From Candidatus Micrarchaeia archaeon (lineage in GTDB: Bacteria; Chloroflexota; Dormibacteria; Aeolococcales; Bog-877), in contig DATLUG010000028.1 in the NCBI GenBank assembly GCA_035533215.1, positions 75,243 through 139,242 of the forward strand: DNA of 64,000 bases, read 5' to 3'. This document shows, piece by piece, positions 10,225-23,329 of this stretch. The notes beneath the pieces are model-generated. The model had not been told where the DNA came from, ran no database searches, and saw only the letters and a program-made list of their open reading frames with translations. The translations under genes and the position numbers were made by a program. Within the stretch, counting starts at the first letter, position 1. Each line of letters opens with the position of its first letter.

Positions 10225-10731
10225 ATGGCCGCCGTGGAAGCGGATGGCGGGCAGGGCACCGGGGTCACCGTCGAGCCGCTGCCGCCGGAGCGCCTCCAGG
10301 AGGCGCGCACGCTCCTGCTGGACCTGCTCATGGCGGAGCAGGACCACTTCGACCATCCTCGGCAGAGCCGCGCCGACCTCGACCGTGGTCTGCCCCCGGC
10401 GACGCCGTCGTTCGTGGGCGAGAACCATGTCCTGGTGGGGCGGGCGGGCGGCCGGATCGTGGGGATCTGCTGGTGCGTCCTCCACGACCCGGGGACCGGC
10501 CTGGAGGCCGAGATCGCGGAGCTGTACGTCGTCCCCGACTGTCGCCGGCGGGGCGTGGCCGGGGGCCTGGTCGGCGAGGCCATCCGACTGTTCGAGACCC
10601 GCGGGGTGACCTTCGCCTGCGTGTGGACCAGGCCCGACAACCGACCCGCGCTCCATCTCTATGAGACCCACGGCTTCGGACCCACCGTGCAGGCCGTCCT
10701 CACCTGGTACCCCAAGGAGGCCCGGGCGTGA
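10225..10731 (+). CDS. GNAT-family N-acetyltransferase
   Basis: The acetyl-CoA binding core reads ELYVVPDCRRRGVAGGLVGEAIRLFETRGV...LHLYETHGF. Confidence 0.8.
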   Translation: MAAVEADGGQGTGVTVEPLPPERLQEARTLLLDLLMAEQDHFDHPRQSRADLDRGLPPATPSFVGENHVLVGRAGGRIVGICWCVLHDPGTGLEAEIAELYVVPDCRRRGVAGGLVGEAIRLFETRGVTFACVWTRPDNRPALHLYETHGFGPTVQAVLTWYPKEARA

Positions 10732-11897
10732 CCCGGCCCGTCGTCGACCCCAGCCCGGCGGCAGCCCCGCCGCTCGGGGCGGCGCCCGGCCCCCCCAGCG
10801 GAGCCCATCCCGGGCGGGGCACCCGGGTGGCCGCCACCATGGTGCTGACGGCGGTGGTGGCGGTGCTGGTCGGCGGCGGCAGCGCCGACTTCGTCCTGCG
10901 GACCCAGCCGGCGCCGGCCCCGACCCAGGTCATCGTCCGCACCGCGACCCCCTCGGGCCAGACCAAGTCGACCACCGTGCCGGGGGTGGTCGCGGCCGAC
11001 CAGCGCTCGCTGGTCCAGGTGGTGCGGCAGCCGGCGCGCGGCGCGGCGACCCCGGCCGACGTCGCGACCGGGTTCGTCGCCGACGCCAGCGGGCTCGTCG
11101 TCACCGACGAGGCGGCGGTCTCCGGGGCGAGCGGACTTGCGGTGGTGCTCCCGAACGGGGCCCGCACCACGGCGACCCTGGCCGCCGCCGACCCTGACAC
11201 CGGGATCGTGGTCCTCCGGATCGCGGTGGCCGGCGGCCTGCACGCCCTCCAGTTCGGTCAGGCCCCGCGGGTGGGCGAGGCCGCCATCGCCCTCACCCAG
11301 CCGGTCGGAGCCGGGCCCGCTGTCGACCTCGGCACCGTCAGCGCCACCGGCCTCGTGGTCCGGGTGCCGAACCCCGCCGGCGCCGGATCCCCGGTGGCGC
11401 TCGGCGGCGCCCTTCGCACCGACGCGCCGGTCCCGGCCGGCGGCGCCGGCGGCCCCCTGGTGGATGCCGACGGTCGCGTCATCGGCGTCCTCGCCGGCCC
11501 CGGGGTCGTGACCGCCGCCGGCGTGGCCCTGGCGGCGGGGAGCGCCATCGCCCTCGATGCGGCGGCCGCCGAGGGCCTGGTGTCGGCGCTGACCTCGGCC
11601 ACCCTGGTCCCCACCGCGCCAGGGGTGGTGAGCGAGCCGCTGGACCCGGCCAGTGCCGCCTCGCTGGGGCTGCCCGCGGGGGCGCTGGTGGTCACCACCC
11701 GGCCGGGCTCGCCGGTCGCGGTGGCCGGCCTGCGCCCGGGCGACGTGGTCGAGGCGGTTGATGGGCGGGGGGCCGCGTCCCTACCCTCGGTCTCGGATTA
11801 CCTCGTCCAGCAGGCCGTGAACGAGCCCGAGCGCCTCACCGTCTGGCGGCTGGGCGTGGTCCGCCACCTGGTGGTGGTCCTGCCCCCGGACGGGTAG
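10728..11897 (+). CDS. Membrane-anchored HtrA/DegP-like protein with PDZ domain; catalytic triad not conserved (predicted pseudo-protease)
   Basis: The GTG start overlaps the GNAT stop (GTGA). There is an N-terminal TM (VAATMVLTAVVAVLVGGG), a trypsin-like core and a C-terminal PDZ (GALVVTTRPGSPVAVAGLRPGDVVEAVDG). The His box reads TDEAAV, the Asp box DTGIVVLRI, and the Ser box GGAGGPLVD instead of GNSGGP. Confidence 0.75.
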   Translation: MTRPVVDPSPAAAPPLGAAPGPPSGAHPGRGTRVAATMVLTAVVAVLVGGGSADFVLRTQPAPAPTQVIVRTATPSGQTKSTTVPGVVAADQRSLVQVVRQPARGAATPADVATGFVADASGLVVTDEAAVSGASGLAVVLPNGARTTATLAAADPDTGIVVLRIAVAGGLHALQFGQAPRVGEAAIALTQPVGAGPAVDLGTVSATGLVVRVPNPAGAGSPVALGGALRTDAPVPAGGAGGPLVDADGRVIGVLAGPGVVTAAGVALAAGSAIALDAAAAEGLVSALTSATLVPTAPGVVSEPLDPASAASLGLPAGALVVTTRPGSPVAVAGLRPGDVVEAVDGRGAASLPSVSDYLVQQAVNEPERLTVWRLGVVRHLVVVLPPDG

Positions 11898-11970
11898 CGG
11901 CGACCTGATAGGCTCGCCGCCGGGGCGGCCGCGGCTGGGCGGTGCGCCAGTGGAGGTCCGAACACCGTCG

Positions 11971-12570
11971 ATGGAGCTCACCTGGCTCGGTGACCGCTGC
12001 GCCCTGGCACGCGGCAAGGAGGCGCGGGTCGTCTTCGACCCGCCTGACGGTGCGACGGAGCCAGGCGGGAGCCTCGGGGCCGACCTCGTGGTGCGCTCGG
12101 GCGGAGGCACCAACGTGCTGCGCCCGGGATCGGGCGCCACCGTGCTGGCCCAGCCCGGTGAGTACGAGATCCACGGCGTCTCCTGCCACGGGGTGCTGGT
12201 GGACGGCGGCACCGCCTTCGTCTGCGACATCGACGACGTCGCCGTGGCCGCCATCGGCCGCGGCGCGGCCGCCCTCTCCGAGAACGCCCTCGAGGCGCTC
12301 GGGCGGGTCGATGTCCTCCTCCTCCCCGTCGGGGGGGGGCCCGGCCTGACGGCGGCGCAGGCGGCGGCGACGGTGGCGCGGGTGCAGCCGGCGGTGGTGG
12401 TGCCGGTGGGGTACGCCGTGGGCGAGGACCTGTTCGGGCTGGAGCCCCTCGACCCGTTCGCGCGCGAGATGGGGCTGACCCAGTGGGCGGCCCAGCCGCG
12501 GCTCACCCTGACCGGCTCGCCCGGCGCCGGCGACGACACCCGGGTGGTGGTGCTGGAGCGGCGTCGCTGA
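11971..12570 (+). CDS. Metallo-beta-lactamase-fold-like protein (UPF0173-like) lacking the HxHxDH metal site
   Basis: MELTWLGDRCAL...VVFDPP...ADLVVRSGGGTNV follows the MBL-fold N-terminal pattern, but the His motif position reads RSGGGT. The start could alternatively be the GTG at 11950. Confidence 0.55.
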   Translation: MELTWLGDRCALARGKEARVVFDPPDGATEPGGSLGADLVVRSGGGTNVLRPGSGATVLAQPGEYEIHGVSCHGVLVDGGTAFVCDIDDVAVAAIGRGAAALSENALEALGRVDVLLLPVGGGPGLTAAQAAATVARVQPAVVVPVGYAVGEDLFGLEPLDPFAREMGLTQWAAQPRLTLTGSPGAGDDTRVVVLERRR

Positions 12571-15587
<3,017 letters not shown>

Positions 15588-15760
15588 CCGGTGCGAGGTG
15601 CGCTCGCCGCCTTGCCGCAGTCCCGGGAGCGAGCGGCCCCGTCCGAGCCGCGACCCCGGCGGGGCGGGTGACCGTGGACCGGCGCCCGCCTGTCGGCGCC
15701 CGCGGCTGAGGGCCGCCGTCGGGGGCTGGGGACGACCGGGCCCGGCAAGGAGGTTTGGAG

Positions 15761-16840
15761 ATGCCGGCCCCTGCCTATGATCGAACCGTGGGTGTCGACC
15801 CCCTCGATCCCGTGCCCGCGCCCGCTTGGGGAGATGACTCCGGGGACGACCGCGGCGCCGCCCCCACCGTGGGCGGTCTTGGCGCGCCCGCAGACCCCGG
15901 CGGGGGGTCGGGGCCGGATCCCCGCCCGACCGCCGCGCGGCGGGTGAGCGTTTCCGGCTGGTCACCCACCTGGTCGACCGCCGGCGGCCCTTCGGCCTGG
16001 CCCCCGGGGCTGCCGTCGTCGGCGGCGGGCTCGGCGTCCCCGCCTCCCGCGGCGCAGCGCGCCGGCCGCCGCCGCGGCATCTGGGGGACCCTGCTGGCGG
16101 GGGCGGCGGCGGTGCTCCACTACGGCGGCCTGCTGCTCAAGCTGGGCGCCTTCAAGGGCACCCTCATCACCATGGTGATCAGCGTCGTCTTCTACTCCAT
16201 CTTCTTCGGACCGACCTTCGCGATCGCGTTCGTCCTCCTCATCCTGGTCCACGAGATGGGCCACTACGTGGTGGCCCGGCGGATGGGGGAGGATGTCAGC
16301 GCCCCGATGTTCATCCCCGGCCTCGGCGCCCTCATCAGCATGCGCAGCCAGCCGCGCACGGTGGCCAGGGAGGCGATGGTGGCGATGGCCGGTCCCCTGG
16401 TCGGCACCGTCGCCTCCCTGGCCCTGCTCGGGCTGGCCCTGGCGCTGCGCTCCGAGTTCGTGGCCGCGCTCGCCTACATCGGCTGCCTGCTCAACCTGTT
16501 CAACCTGATCCCGGCGTCGCCCCTCGACGGGGGGCGGGTGACCGCGGCGGTCTCCAAGTGGGCGAACCTCGTCGGGCTGGCGATCCTGGTGGGCTACGCC
16601 GTCTTCGCGTTCACGGTGGCCAGGGCGGCGAGCCCGATCCTCCTCATCATCGTGGTGGTGGCCGCCTACAGCACCCTGGGCCGCTTCCGCCAGGCGCGGC
16701 GCCAGCCGGAATACCTCTCGGTGCCGACCCGGACCCGCTGGCTGGTGGGGAGCGCCTACCTGGCCCTGGTGCTGGCCGCCGCCCTCGGTTTGGCCGTCAG
16801 CCACGCCAGCCTCACCCACCTGGTCACCGCGGTCGGCTGA
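15761..16840 (+). CDS. M50-family (site-2 protease-like) membrane metalloprotease with Pro/Gly-rich N-terminal extension
   Basis: HEMGH zinc motif (LILVHEMGHYVVARRMG) and NLFNLIPASPLDGGRV, with multiple TM segments. AAGGAGG lies 7 nt upstream of the ATG at 15761. Confidence 0.85.
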   Translation: MPAPAYDRTVGVDPLDPVPAPAWGDDSGDDRGAAPTVGGLGAPADPGGGSGPDPRPTAARRVSVSGWSPTWSTAGGPSAWPPGLPSSAAGSASPPPAAQRAGRRRGIWGTLLAGAAAVLHYGGLLLKLGAFKGTLITMVISVVFYSIFFGPTFAIAFVLLILVHEMGHYVVARRMGEDVSAPMFIPGLGALISMRSQPRTVAREAMVAMAGPLVGTVASLALLGLALALRSEFVAALAYIGCLLNLFNLIPASPLDGGRVTAAVSKWANLVGLAILVGYAVFAFTVARAASPILLIIVVVAAYSTLGRFRQARRQPEYLSVPTRTRWLVGSAYLALVLAAALGLAVSHASLTHLVTAVG

Positions 16841-16886
16841 CCGAAGGAGCGCGCGGCGGCCGCGACGGCCGCGGCGGCCGCCGTGA

Positions 16887-16913
16887 TTGGAGTCCCGCCG
16901 CTCGTGGTAAGCT
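16887..16913 (+). promoter_or_regulatory. Candidate promoter for rpmE (TTGGAG, 15 nt, TGGTAAGCT extended -10)
   Basis: Read directly from the sequence, 37 nt upstream of the rpmE ATG. Confidence 0.3.
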
Positions 16914-16949
16914 CGCTGCCGACCTCCCTGCCGTCCGTGCCACGCTGCC

Positions 16950-17162
16950 ATGAAGCCCATCCATCCCGAGTACCACCACGACGCCGTCGTGACCTGCTCC
17001 TGCGGGAGCCAGTTCACGACCGGCTCCACCCTCACCCAGCTGCGGACCGAGGTCTGTTCGGTGTGCCACCCGTTCTTCACCGGCGAGCAGCGCATCGTCG
17101 ACACCGGCGGACAGGTCGAGCGCTTCCGGCGCCGGGCCGAGAAGGCGGCGGCCCGGGCCTGA
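16950..17162 (+). CDS. rpmE: 50S ribosomal protein L31 (Cys-containing, Zn-ribbon type)
   Basis: [27 protein letters not shown]...[25 protein letters not shown]. Confidence 0.95.
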   Translation: MKPIHPEYHHDAVVTCSCGSQFTTGSTLTQLRTEVCSVCHPFFTGEQRIVDTGGQVERFRRRAEKAAARA

Positions 17163-17210
17163 CGCCGTCGCGGTCGGCGCCCGTGCCCGAGCCACCAGGC
17201 CGGGCCCGCC

Positions 17211-18328
<1,118 letters not shown>

Positions 18329-18332
<4 letters not shown>

Positions 18333-19057
18333 TCGGGGACGGCCGGCGTCACATCCTCGCCACCAGCGGCGGCTTCGCCCGCGACGCCGCCGGCCGCGTC
18401 CATCCGAGCGGCCTCTTCGACCACGCCTGCGCTCTCAGCGGCCGCACCCGGCCCCGGGTGTGCCTCCTCCCCACCGCCCAGGGCGACGCCGCCCAGTCGG
18501 TGGCATCCTTCGCCGCCGCGCTCGCCGAGCGGGATGTGCGCCCGACCCACCTCACCCTCTTCCCGCTCCCGTCGGTGGACGACCCGGAGGCCCACCTGCT
18601 CCAGCAGGACGTCGTCTGGGTGGGCGGGGGCAGCGTCGCCAACCTGCTCGCGGTCTGGCGCGTGCACGGGCTCGACCGGGCCCTCCGCCGGGCCTGGGAC
18701 CAGGGCGTGGTCCTGGCGGGGGTCAGCGCCGGCGCCCTCTGCTGGTTCGAGGCCGGCACCACCGACTCCTTCGGCCTCGAGCTCCGGGCCGTCCACGACG
18801 GCCTCGGTCTCCTCCCCGGCAGCTTCAGCCCCCACTACGACTCCGAGCCCGCCCGTCGCCCGACCCATCACCGGCTGCTGGGAGCGGGCGCGATCCCGGA
18901 CGGGTGGGCCGCCGACGACGGGGTCGGGCTCCACTTCGTCGGCGACCAGCTCCACGAGGTGGTCGCCGAGCGGGGGACGGGCGCCGGCTGGCGGCTCGAG
19001 CGGCGGCCCGACGGGAGGGTGGCGGAGCGTCGGCTGGAGCCGCGCCGCCTCGGCTGA
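18329..19057 (+). CDS. Peptidase S51 (dipeptidase E-like) family protein
   Basis: The GTG start overlaps the prfA stop (GTGA). VVWVGGGSVANLL and the nucleophile elbow VLAGVSAGALCWF match the family. Confidence 0.8.
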
Positions 19058-19090
19058 GCCCCTTCGGCCGGGGCCGCGTCGCGGCCCAGC

Positions 19091-20227
19091 TCAGCCGGGG
19101 GCGCCGTCCCCGGCCGCTCCCCCCGCCGGGCCCTCCGGCTCGCCGGCCTGTGGGGGGCTGGCCGCCGCCGCGGCGCGCCCGCGCCCGCGTCCGCCCCGCC
19201 GCCGCCGCCGCCGCGCGGGCTGCGCGGGCGCCTCCCCGTCCGGGACCGCCGGCGCGGCCGCGGTCGGCGGCGGCGGCTCGAGGCCGTCGCCGGGGGTGAT
19301 GCCCCGACCGGCCGGCCGGGGTCCGTGCCGCAGCCGCGCATGCCGGGTGGGGGCGGGCCGCAGCCGCGGTCCGGGCGGGTGGCCGGCGGCGTGGAGGTCG
19401 CCGAGCGTCGCCCAGCCGAGCTCGGCGCGGCCGACCTGGACCAGGCGCACGAAGCAGCCGGCGGTCGCCTCCGCGTCGGCCAGGGCATGGTGCGCCTGGC
19501 GGTGCTGGGTCACCCCCAGGCGCTCGCAGAGCCGCTCCAGCCCGATCGTGTCGCGCAGGCCGAAGAGAACCTTGGCCAGCCGCGACGTGTCGATGGTGGG
19601 GTGGGGGAGGGGGTGACCGAGGGTGCGCCCGATCAGTCGGGTGTCGAAGGCGTCGGCGCTGTGCTCGACCAGCACGGCGCCGCGAGCGAAGCGCAGGAAC
19701 CGCCGCAGCACCAGGTCTGCCGGGGGCGCCCCCGCCAGCATGTCGCGGGTGATCCCGTGCACCCGGCGGGCGTAGGAGTTGATGTGATCGGTGGTATGGA
19801 CCAAGGTCTCCAGCGCGTCCGGCGGCGGGGCGCCCTCCCAGAGGTCCTCGCCGCCCTCGCTGGAGACGGTGAAGCGGACCGCACCCAGCTCCACCAGGTG
19901 GTGGGGCGACTGGCCGGTCGTCTCGCAGTCGACCGAGACCACGACCAGGCGATCGATGGGGGTGTCGAACTCGGGAGCCATCGTCGCCTCGGCCTCCAGG
20001 CCGATCGCGTCCGGGGGCATGGGGGCGTTGAAGCGGCTCGCCACCAGCGGCGAGGCGGGCCCCAGCCGCGGGCGGAAGTCGCTCCCGGGGACGGGAGCGC
20101 CCCGCTGGCGCCCGTACCGGTGGCGCCGGCCGCTCCCGGGGGGAGGGGAGGACGGATGGCTGGGGCTGACGGAGGGGGACGGCACCCCGCCATCGGAGGC
20201 GTCCTCGTAGACGGTCGCGAGTTCCAC
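19091..20227 (-). CDS. DEDD-family 3'-5' exonuclease (DnaQ/epsilon-like) with low-complexity N- and C-terminal extensions
   Basis: ExoI VVSVDCETTG, ExoII LVEHSADAFD and ExoIII HHALADAEA. The start is uncertain: GTG 20227, or internal ATGs at 20020 or 19981. The C-terminal 100 aa are Pro/Arg/Gly/Ala-rich (RRRRRGGRGRGR). Confidence 0.75.
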   Translation of the reverse strand: MELATVYEDASDGGVPSPSVSPSHPSSPPPGSGRRHRYGRQRGAPVPGSDFRPRLGPASPLVASRFNAPMPPDAIGLEAEATMAPEFDTPIDRLVVVSVDCETTGQSPHHLVELGAVRFTVSSEGGEDLWEGAPPPDALETLVHTTDHINSYARRVHGITRDMLAGAPPADLVLRRFLRFARGAVLVEHSADAFDTRLIGRTLGHPLPHPTIDTSRLAKVLFGLRDTIGLERLCERLGVTQHRQAHHALADAEATAGCFVRLVQVGRAELGWATLGDLHAAGHPPGPRLRPAPTRHARLRHGPRPAGRGITPGDGLEPPPPTAAAPAVPDGEAPAQPARRRRRRGGRGRGRAAAAASPPQAGEPEGPAGGAAGDGAPG

Positions 20228-20385
20228 TCACCCCATCGTAGAGGACTCACCGGCGCCGGCCCCCGCCGGCTTCCCCAGCGGCGCGCCCCTGGGGCACCCG
20301 TCGAGGGCTTCCGAAGCCGCTCCCTATACTCGATCCACGTGATGCGCTCCCCCTCTCCCGCGTGCCTTCCGCCCGGAGGCCGGCG

Positions 20386-21639
20386 GTGACGCTGGTCGCG
20401 GTCGGGGTCAGCCATCACCTCGCCCCGGTGGCGCTGCGGGAGCGGGTCCACCTCGACGGGACCACGATCCGGGCCACCCTCGCTCCCCTGGTGCGCCACG
20501 CCGGCCTGGGCGGCGCCGTCTGCCTCTCCACCTGCAACCGCACCGAGTTCTACGTCTCCGCCCAGGGGCAGGAGCAGGCCGATCAGGCGATCGACCGCTT
20601 CCGCCGCTACCTGGTGCCGGGGCCCGACGGCTCCCGCTACGTCCACGCCGCCACCGGCGGTGACGCCCTCGCCCACGTCTTCCGGGTCGCCAGCGGCCTG
20701 GACAGCATGGTGGTGGGGGAGGCGCAGATCCTGGCCCAGGTGAAGCGCGCCCACCGGCTCGCCCACGAGGCGGGCGCGCTCGACCCGGCGCTCGACCTCG
20801 TCATGCGTCGCGCGGTCACCGCCGCCAAGCGGGTCCGAACCGAGACCGGCATCGGCCGGCGCGCGGTCGGGATCGCCCAGGCCGCCGTCGACGAGGCCCG
20901 CCGGCGGCGGGATCTCGTGGGCGCCCGGGTGCTGCTGGTCGGGGCCGGCCAGGTCGGCGCCGGGGTGGCCCGCCTGCTCCGGGGGGCCGGGGCGGCGCCA
21001 CCGCTGGTGGTGGAGCGCGGCCCCCGCTCCCGCGCGCTCGCGGCGTCGCTCGGGGGCGAGGTGGTGGCCCGCGACCGGCTGGCGGGGTGGCGGGGCGCGG
21101 TCGACGTGCTGGTCTGCGCCACCAGTCAATCGTCGCTGGTGATCGGCGCCGCCGCGGTGGCGGAGCTCCAGGGCGACAGCGGCCGCGCGCTGCTGGTGCT
21201 CGACCTCGCCGTGCCCCGCGACGTCGATCCGGACGCGCGTGGGCTCGCCGGGGTGGACCTGGTCGACCTCGACGACCTGGGCGCGGCGATCCGCGCCAAC
21301 CTCGACGCCCGTGCCCAGCACCTCCGAGGGGCCGATGCGCTCATCGCCGCCGCCGTCGCCGGCACCCTCACCGAGCTGGCGTCGAGGCGGGCGGCCCCGG
21401 TCATCCGACGGCTGGTCGACCGGACCGAGGCCCAGCGCCAGCGCGAGCTCGAGCGCAGCCTGGGCCGGCTGGGGACGGTCGGGACCGGGGAGCGGCGGGA
21501 GCTCGAGCGGCTCACCCAGGCGCTGGCGAGCAAGCTCCTCCACGCGCCGATCCGATACCTACGCCATCACGCGGACGATCCCGCCCGCACCGCCCTGGCC
21601 CTGGAGGTGCTCGGCCTGGACCTCCCGGGTAAGGGGTGA
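20386..21639 (+). CDS. hemA: Glutamyl-tRNA reductase
   Basis: VTLVAVGVSHHLAPVALRE...LSTCNRTEFY...GLDSMVVGEAQILAQVK...GAGQVG. GGAGG lies 6 nt upstream of the GTG at 20386. Confidence 0.9.
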   Translation: MTLVAVGVSHHLAPVALRERVHLDGTTIRATLAPLVRHAGLGGAVCLSTCNRTEFYVSAQGQEQADQAIDRFRRYLVPGPDGSRYVHAATGGDALAHVFRVASGLDSMVVGEAQILAQVKRAHRLAHEAGALDPALDLVMRRAVTAAKRVRTETGIGRRAVGIAQAAVDEARRRRDLVGARVLLVGAGQVGAGVARLLRGAGAAPPLVVERGPRSRALAASLGGEVVARDRLAGWRGAVDVLVCATSQSSLVIGAAAVAELQGDSGRALLVLDLAVPRDVDPDARGLAGVDLVDLDDLGAAIRANLDARAQHLRGADALIAAAVAGTLTELASRRAAPVIRRLVDRTEAQRQRELERSLGRLGTVGTGERRELERLTQALASKLLHAPIRYLRHHADDPARTALALEVLGLDLPGKG

Positions 21640-22529
21640 GCGGGGCGATCCGGGTCGCCACCAGGGGCAGCGCCCTGGCCCGCCGCCAGACCGAGGAGGC
21701 GACGGCGCGCCTCGGGTCCCACGATCCCGCCCTTCTCTGCACGATCGTCCTGGTGCAGGCGGCGGGCGACCTCGAGCCGGACACCCCGCCGGAGGCCATG
21801 GCCGGTGACGGCTGGTTCTCCTCCGCCCTGGAGCGGAGCCTCCTCGAGGGTGAGGCCGACCTCGCGGTCCACAGCGCCAAGGACCTGCCCAGCCGCCTCG
21901 CTCCCGGACTGGTCGTCGCTGGCTACCTTGCCCGCGCCGATCCGCGAGACGCGGTGGTGACCAGGGACGGCTCCCCCTGGCGGGACCTCCCGGCGGGGGC
22001 CCGGGTGGCGACCGGGTCGCCCCGGCGGGCGGCCCAGCTCCTCGCCCTCCGCCCCGACCTCTCGATCGGCTCCATCCGCGGCAACGTCGACACCCGGCTG
22101 CGGCGGCTGGCGGAGGGGGACGCCGACGCCCTGGTGGTCGCGATGGCGGGGCTCTGCCGTCTCGGCCTCGTGATCGGTGCCCTCCCGCTCGACCCCGGGC
22201 GGGAGTGCACCCCCGCGCCCGCCCAGGGGGCGATCGCGCTCCAGGCGCGGGCGGGCTCGATCGCGGCGGCCGCGGCCGCCGCCGTCGACGACCCCGTGAC
22301 CCGGCGGTGCGTCGAGGCCGAGCGGACGGTCCTGGCCGCGCTGGGGGGCGGCTGCCGGCTCCCGCTCGGGGTGCTCGCCGAGCCCGAGGGCGGCGGGCGG
22401 GTGACCCTCACGGCCGCGTTCGCCGATCCGGCCTCGGCGCCCGGCACTCCCCTGCGCCGACTCACCCGGCGGGGTGACCTGGGGTCGGTGGGGGCGCTCG
22501 CCGCCGACCTCGCCGGTGCCCTCCTCTGA
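21636..22529 (+). CDS. hemC: Hydroxymethylbilane synthase (porphobilinogen deaminase)
   Basis: IRVATRGSALARRQTEE...HSAKDLP...RGNVDTRLRRL...ALGGGCRLPLG. The GTG start overlaps the hemA stop (GTGA). Confidence 0.9.
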   Translation: MSGAIRVATRGSALARRQTEEATARLGSHDPALLCTIVLVQAAGDLEPDTPPEAMAGDGWFSSALERSLLEGEADLAVHSAKDLPSRLAPGLVVAGYLARADPRDAVVTRDGSPWRDLPAGARVATGSPRRAAQLLALRPDLSIGSIRGNVDTRLRRLAEGDADALVVAMAGLCRLGLVIGALPLDPGRECTPAPAQGAIALQARAGSIAAAAAAAVDDPVTRRCVEAERTVLAALGGGCRLPLGVLAEPEGGGRVTLTAAFADPASAPGTPLRRLTRRGDLGSVGALAADLAGALL

Positions 22530-22549
22530 GCGCGCTCGGCGGCCGCCGC

Positions 22550-23329
22550 GTGCTGGTCACCCGCCCCGGCCGCGACGCCCGGGAGCTGGCCGCACGGCTG
22601 CGGGCGCTGGGGGCGACCCCGGTCGTGGTGCCGGTGATGACCCGCCGTCGCACGGCCCCCGACGACGTCATCGCGGACGACCTCGTGAACCACGCCGGCG
22701 ACCGGGCGGTGGTGGTGTTCACCAGTGGGCACGCGGTGCGGCTGGTGGCGGCGGCGGCGCGCCGGGCGGCCTTCGACCTCGCCGGGCTCGGCGCGACGGT
22801 GGCGGCGATCGGGCCGGCGACGGCGGCGGCCCTGGCCCGCGCGGGCCGGCCCGCCGACCTGGTGCCGGACACCTTCGTCGCCGAGGCGGTCGCGGATGCG
22901 CTCGTCGCCCGCGGGGTCGAGGGCCGCCCGGTGTGGCTGCCGCGGGCGGTCGAGGGTCGGCCGGTGCTGCCGGAGCGGCTTCGCGCCGCCGGTGCCGTCG
23001 TCACCGAGCGCCACCTCTACCGCACCGTGACGGCCGCCCGGATGGCGGCGCCGCTGGCCCAGGCCCTGGCGGCTCCGCTGGACGCCGTCACCTTCACCAG
23101 CGGCAGCACCGTCCGCCATTTCGAGCGGCTGCGCCAGGGGCGGCCGCTGCCCCGGGGCTGCCGGGTCGCGTGCATCGGGCCGGTGACGGCGGCGGCCGCC
23201 CGGGCGGCCGGCCACCCCGTCGCTATAATCGCCGCCGAGCACACCACGTCTGGGCTGTGCTGCGCCCTGTGCGCCGAGCTGGACCGGGGGGGCGTGCCGT
23301 CGCAGCCGGCCGCAGGAGGACCGCCGTGA
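22550..23329 (+). CDS. hemD: Uroporphyrinogen-III synthase
   Basis: The HemD-like pattern is LVTRPGRDARELAARLRALGA...VVFTSGHAV...VAAIGPATAAAL...VTFTSGSTV. Its position within the heme cluster supports the call. Confidence 0.8.
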   Translation: MLVTRPGRDARELAARLRALGATPVVVPVMTRRRTAPDDVIADDLVNHAGDRAVVVFTSGHAVRLVAAAARRAAFDLAGLGATVAAIGPATAAALARAGRPADLVPDTFVAEAVADALVARGVEGRPVWLPRAVEGRPVLPERLRAAGAVVTERHLYRTVTAARMAAPLAQALAAPLDAVTFTSGSTVRHFERLRQGRPLPRGCRVACIGPVTAAAARAAGHPVAIIAAEHTTSGLCCALCAELDRGGVPSQPAAGGPP

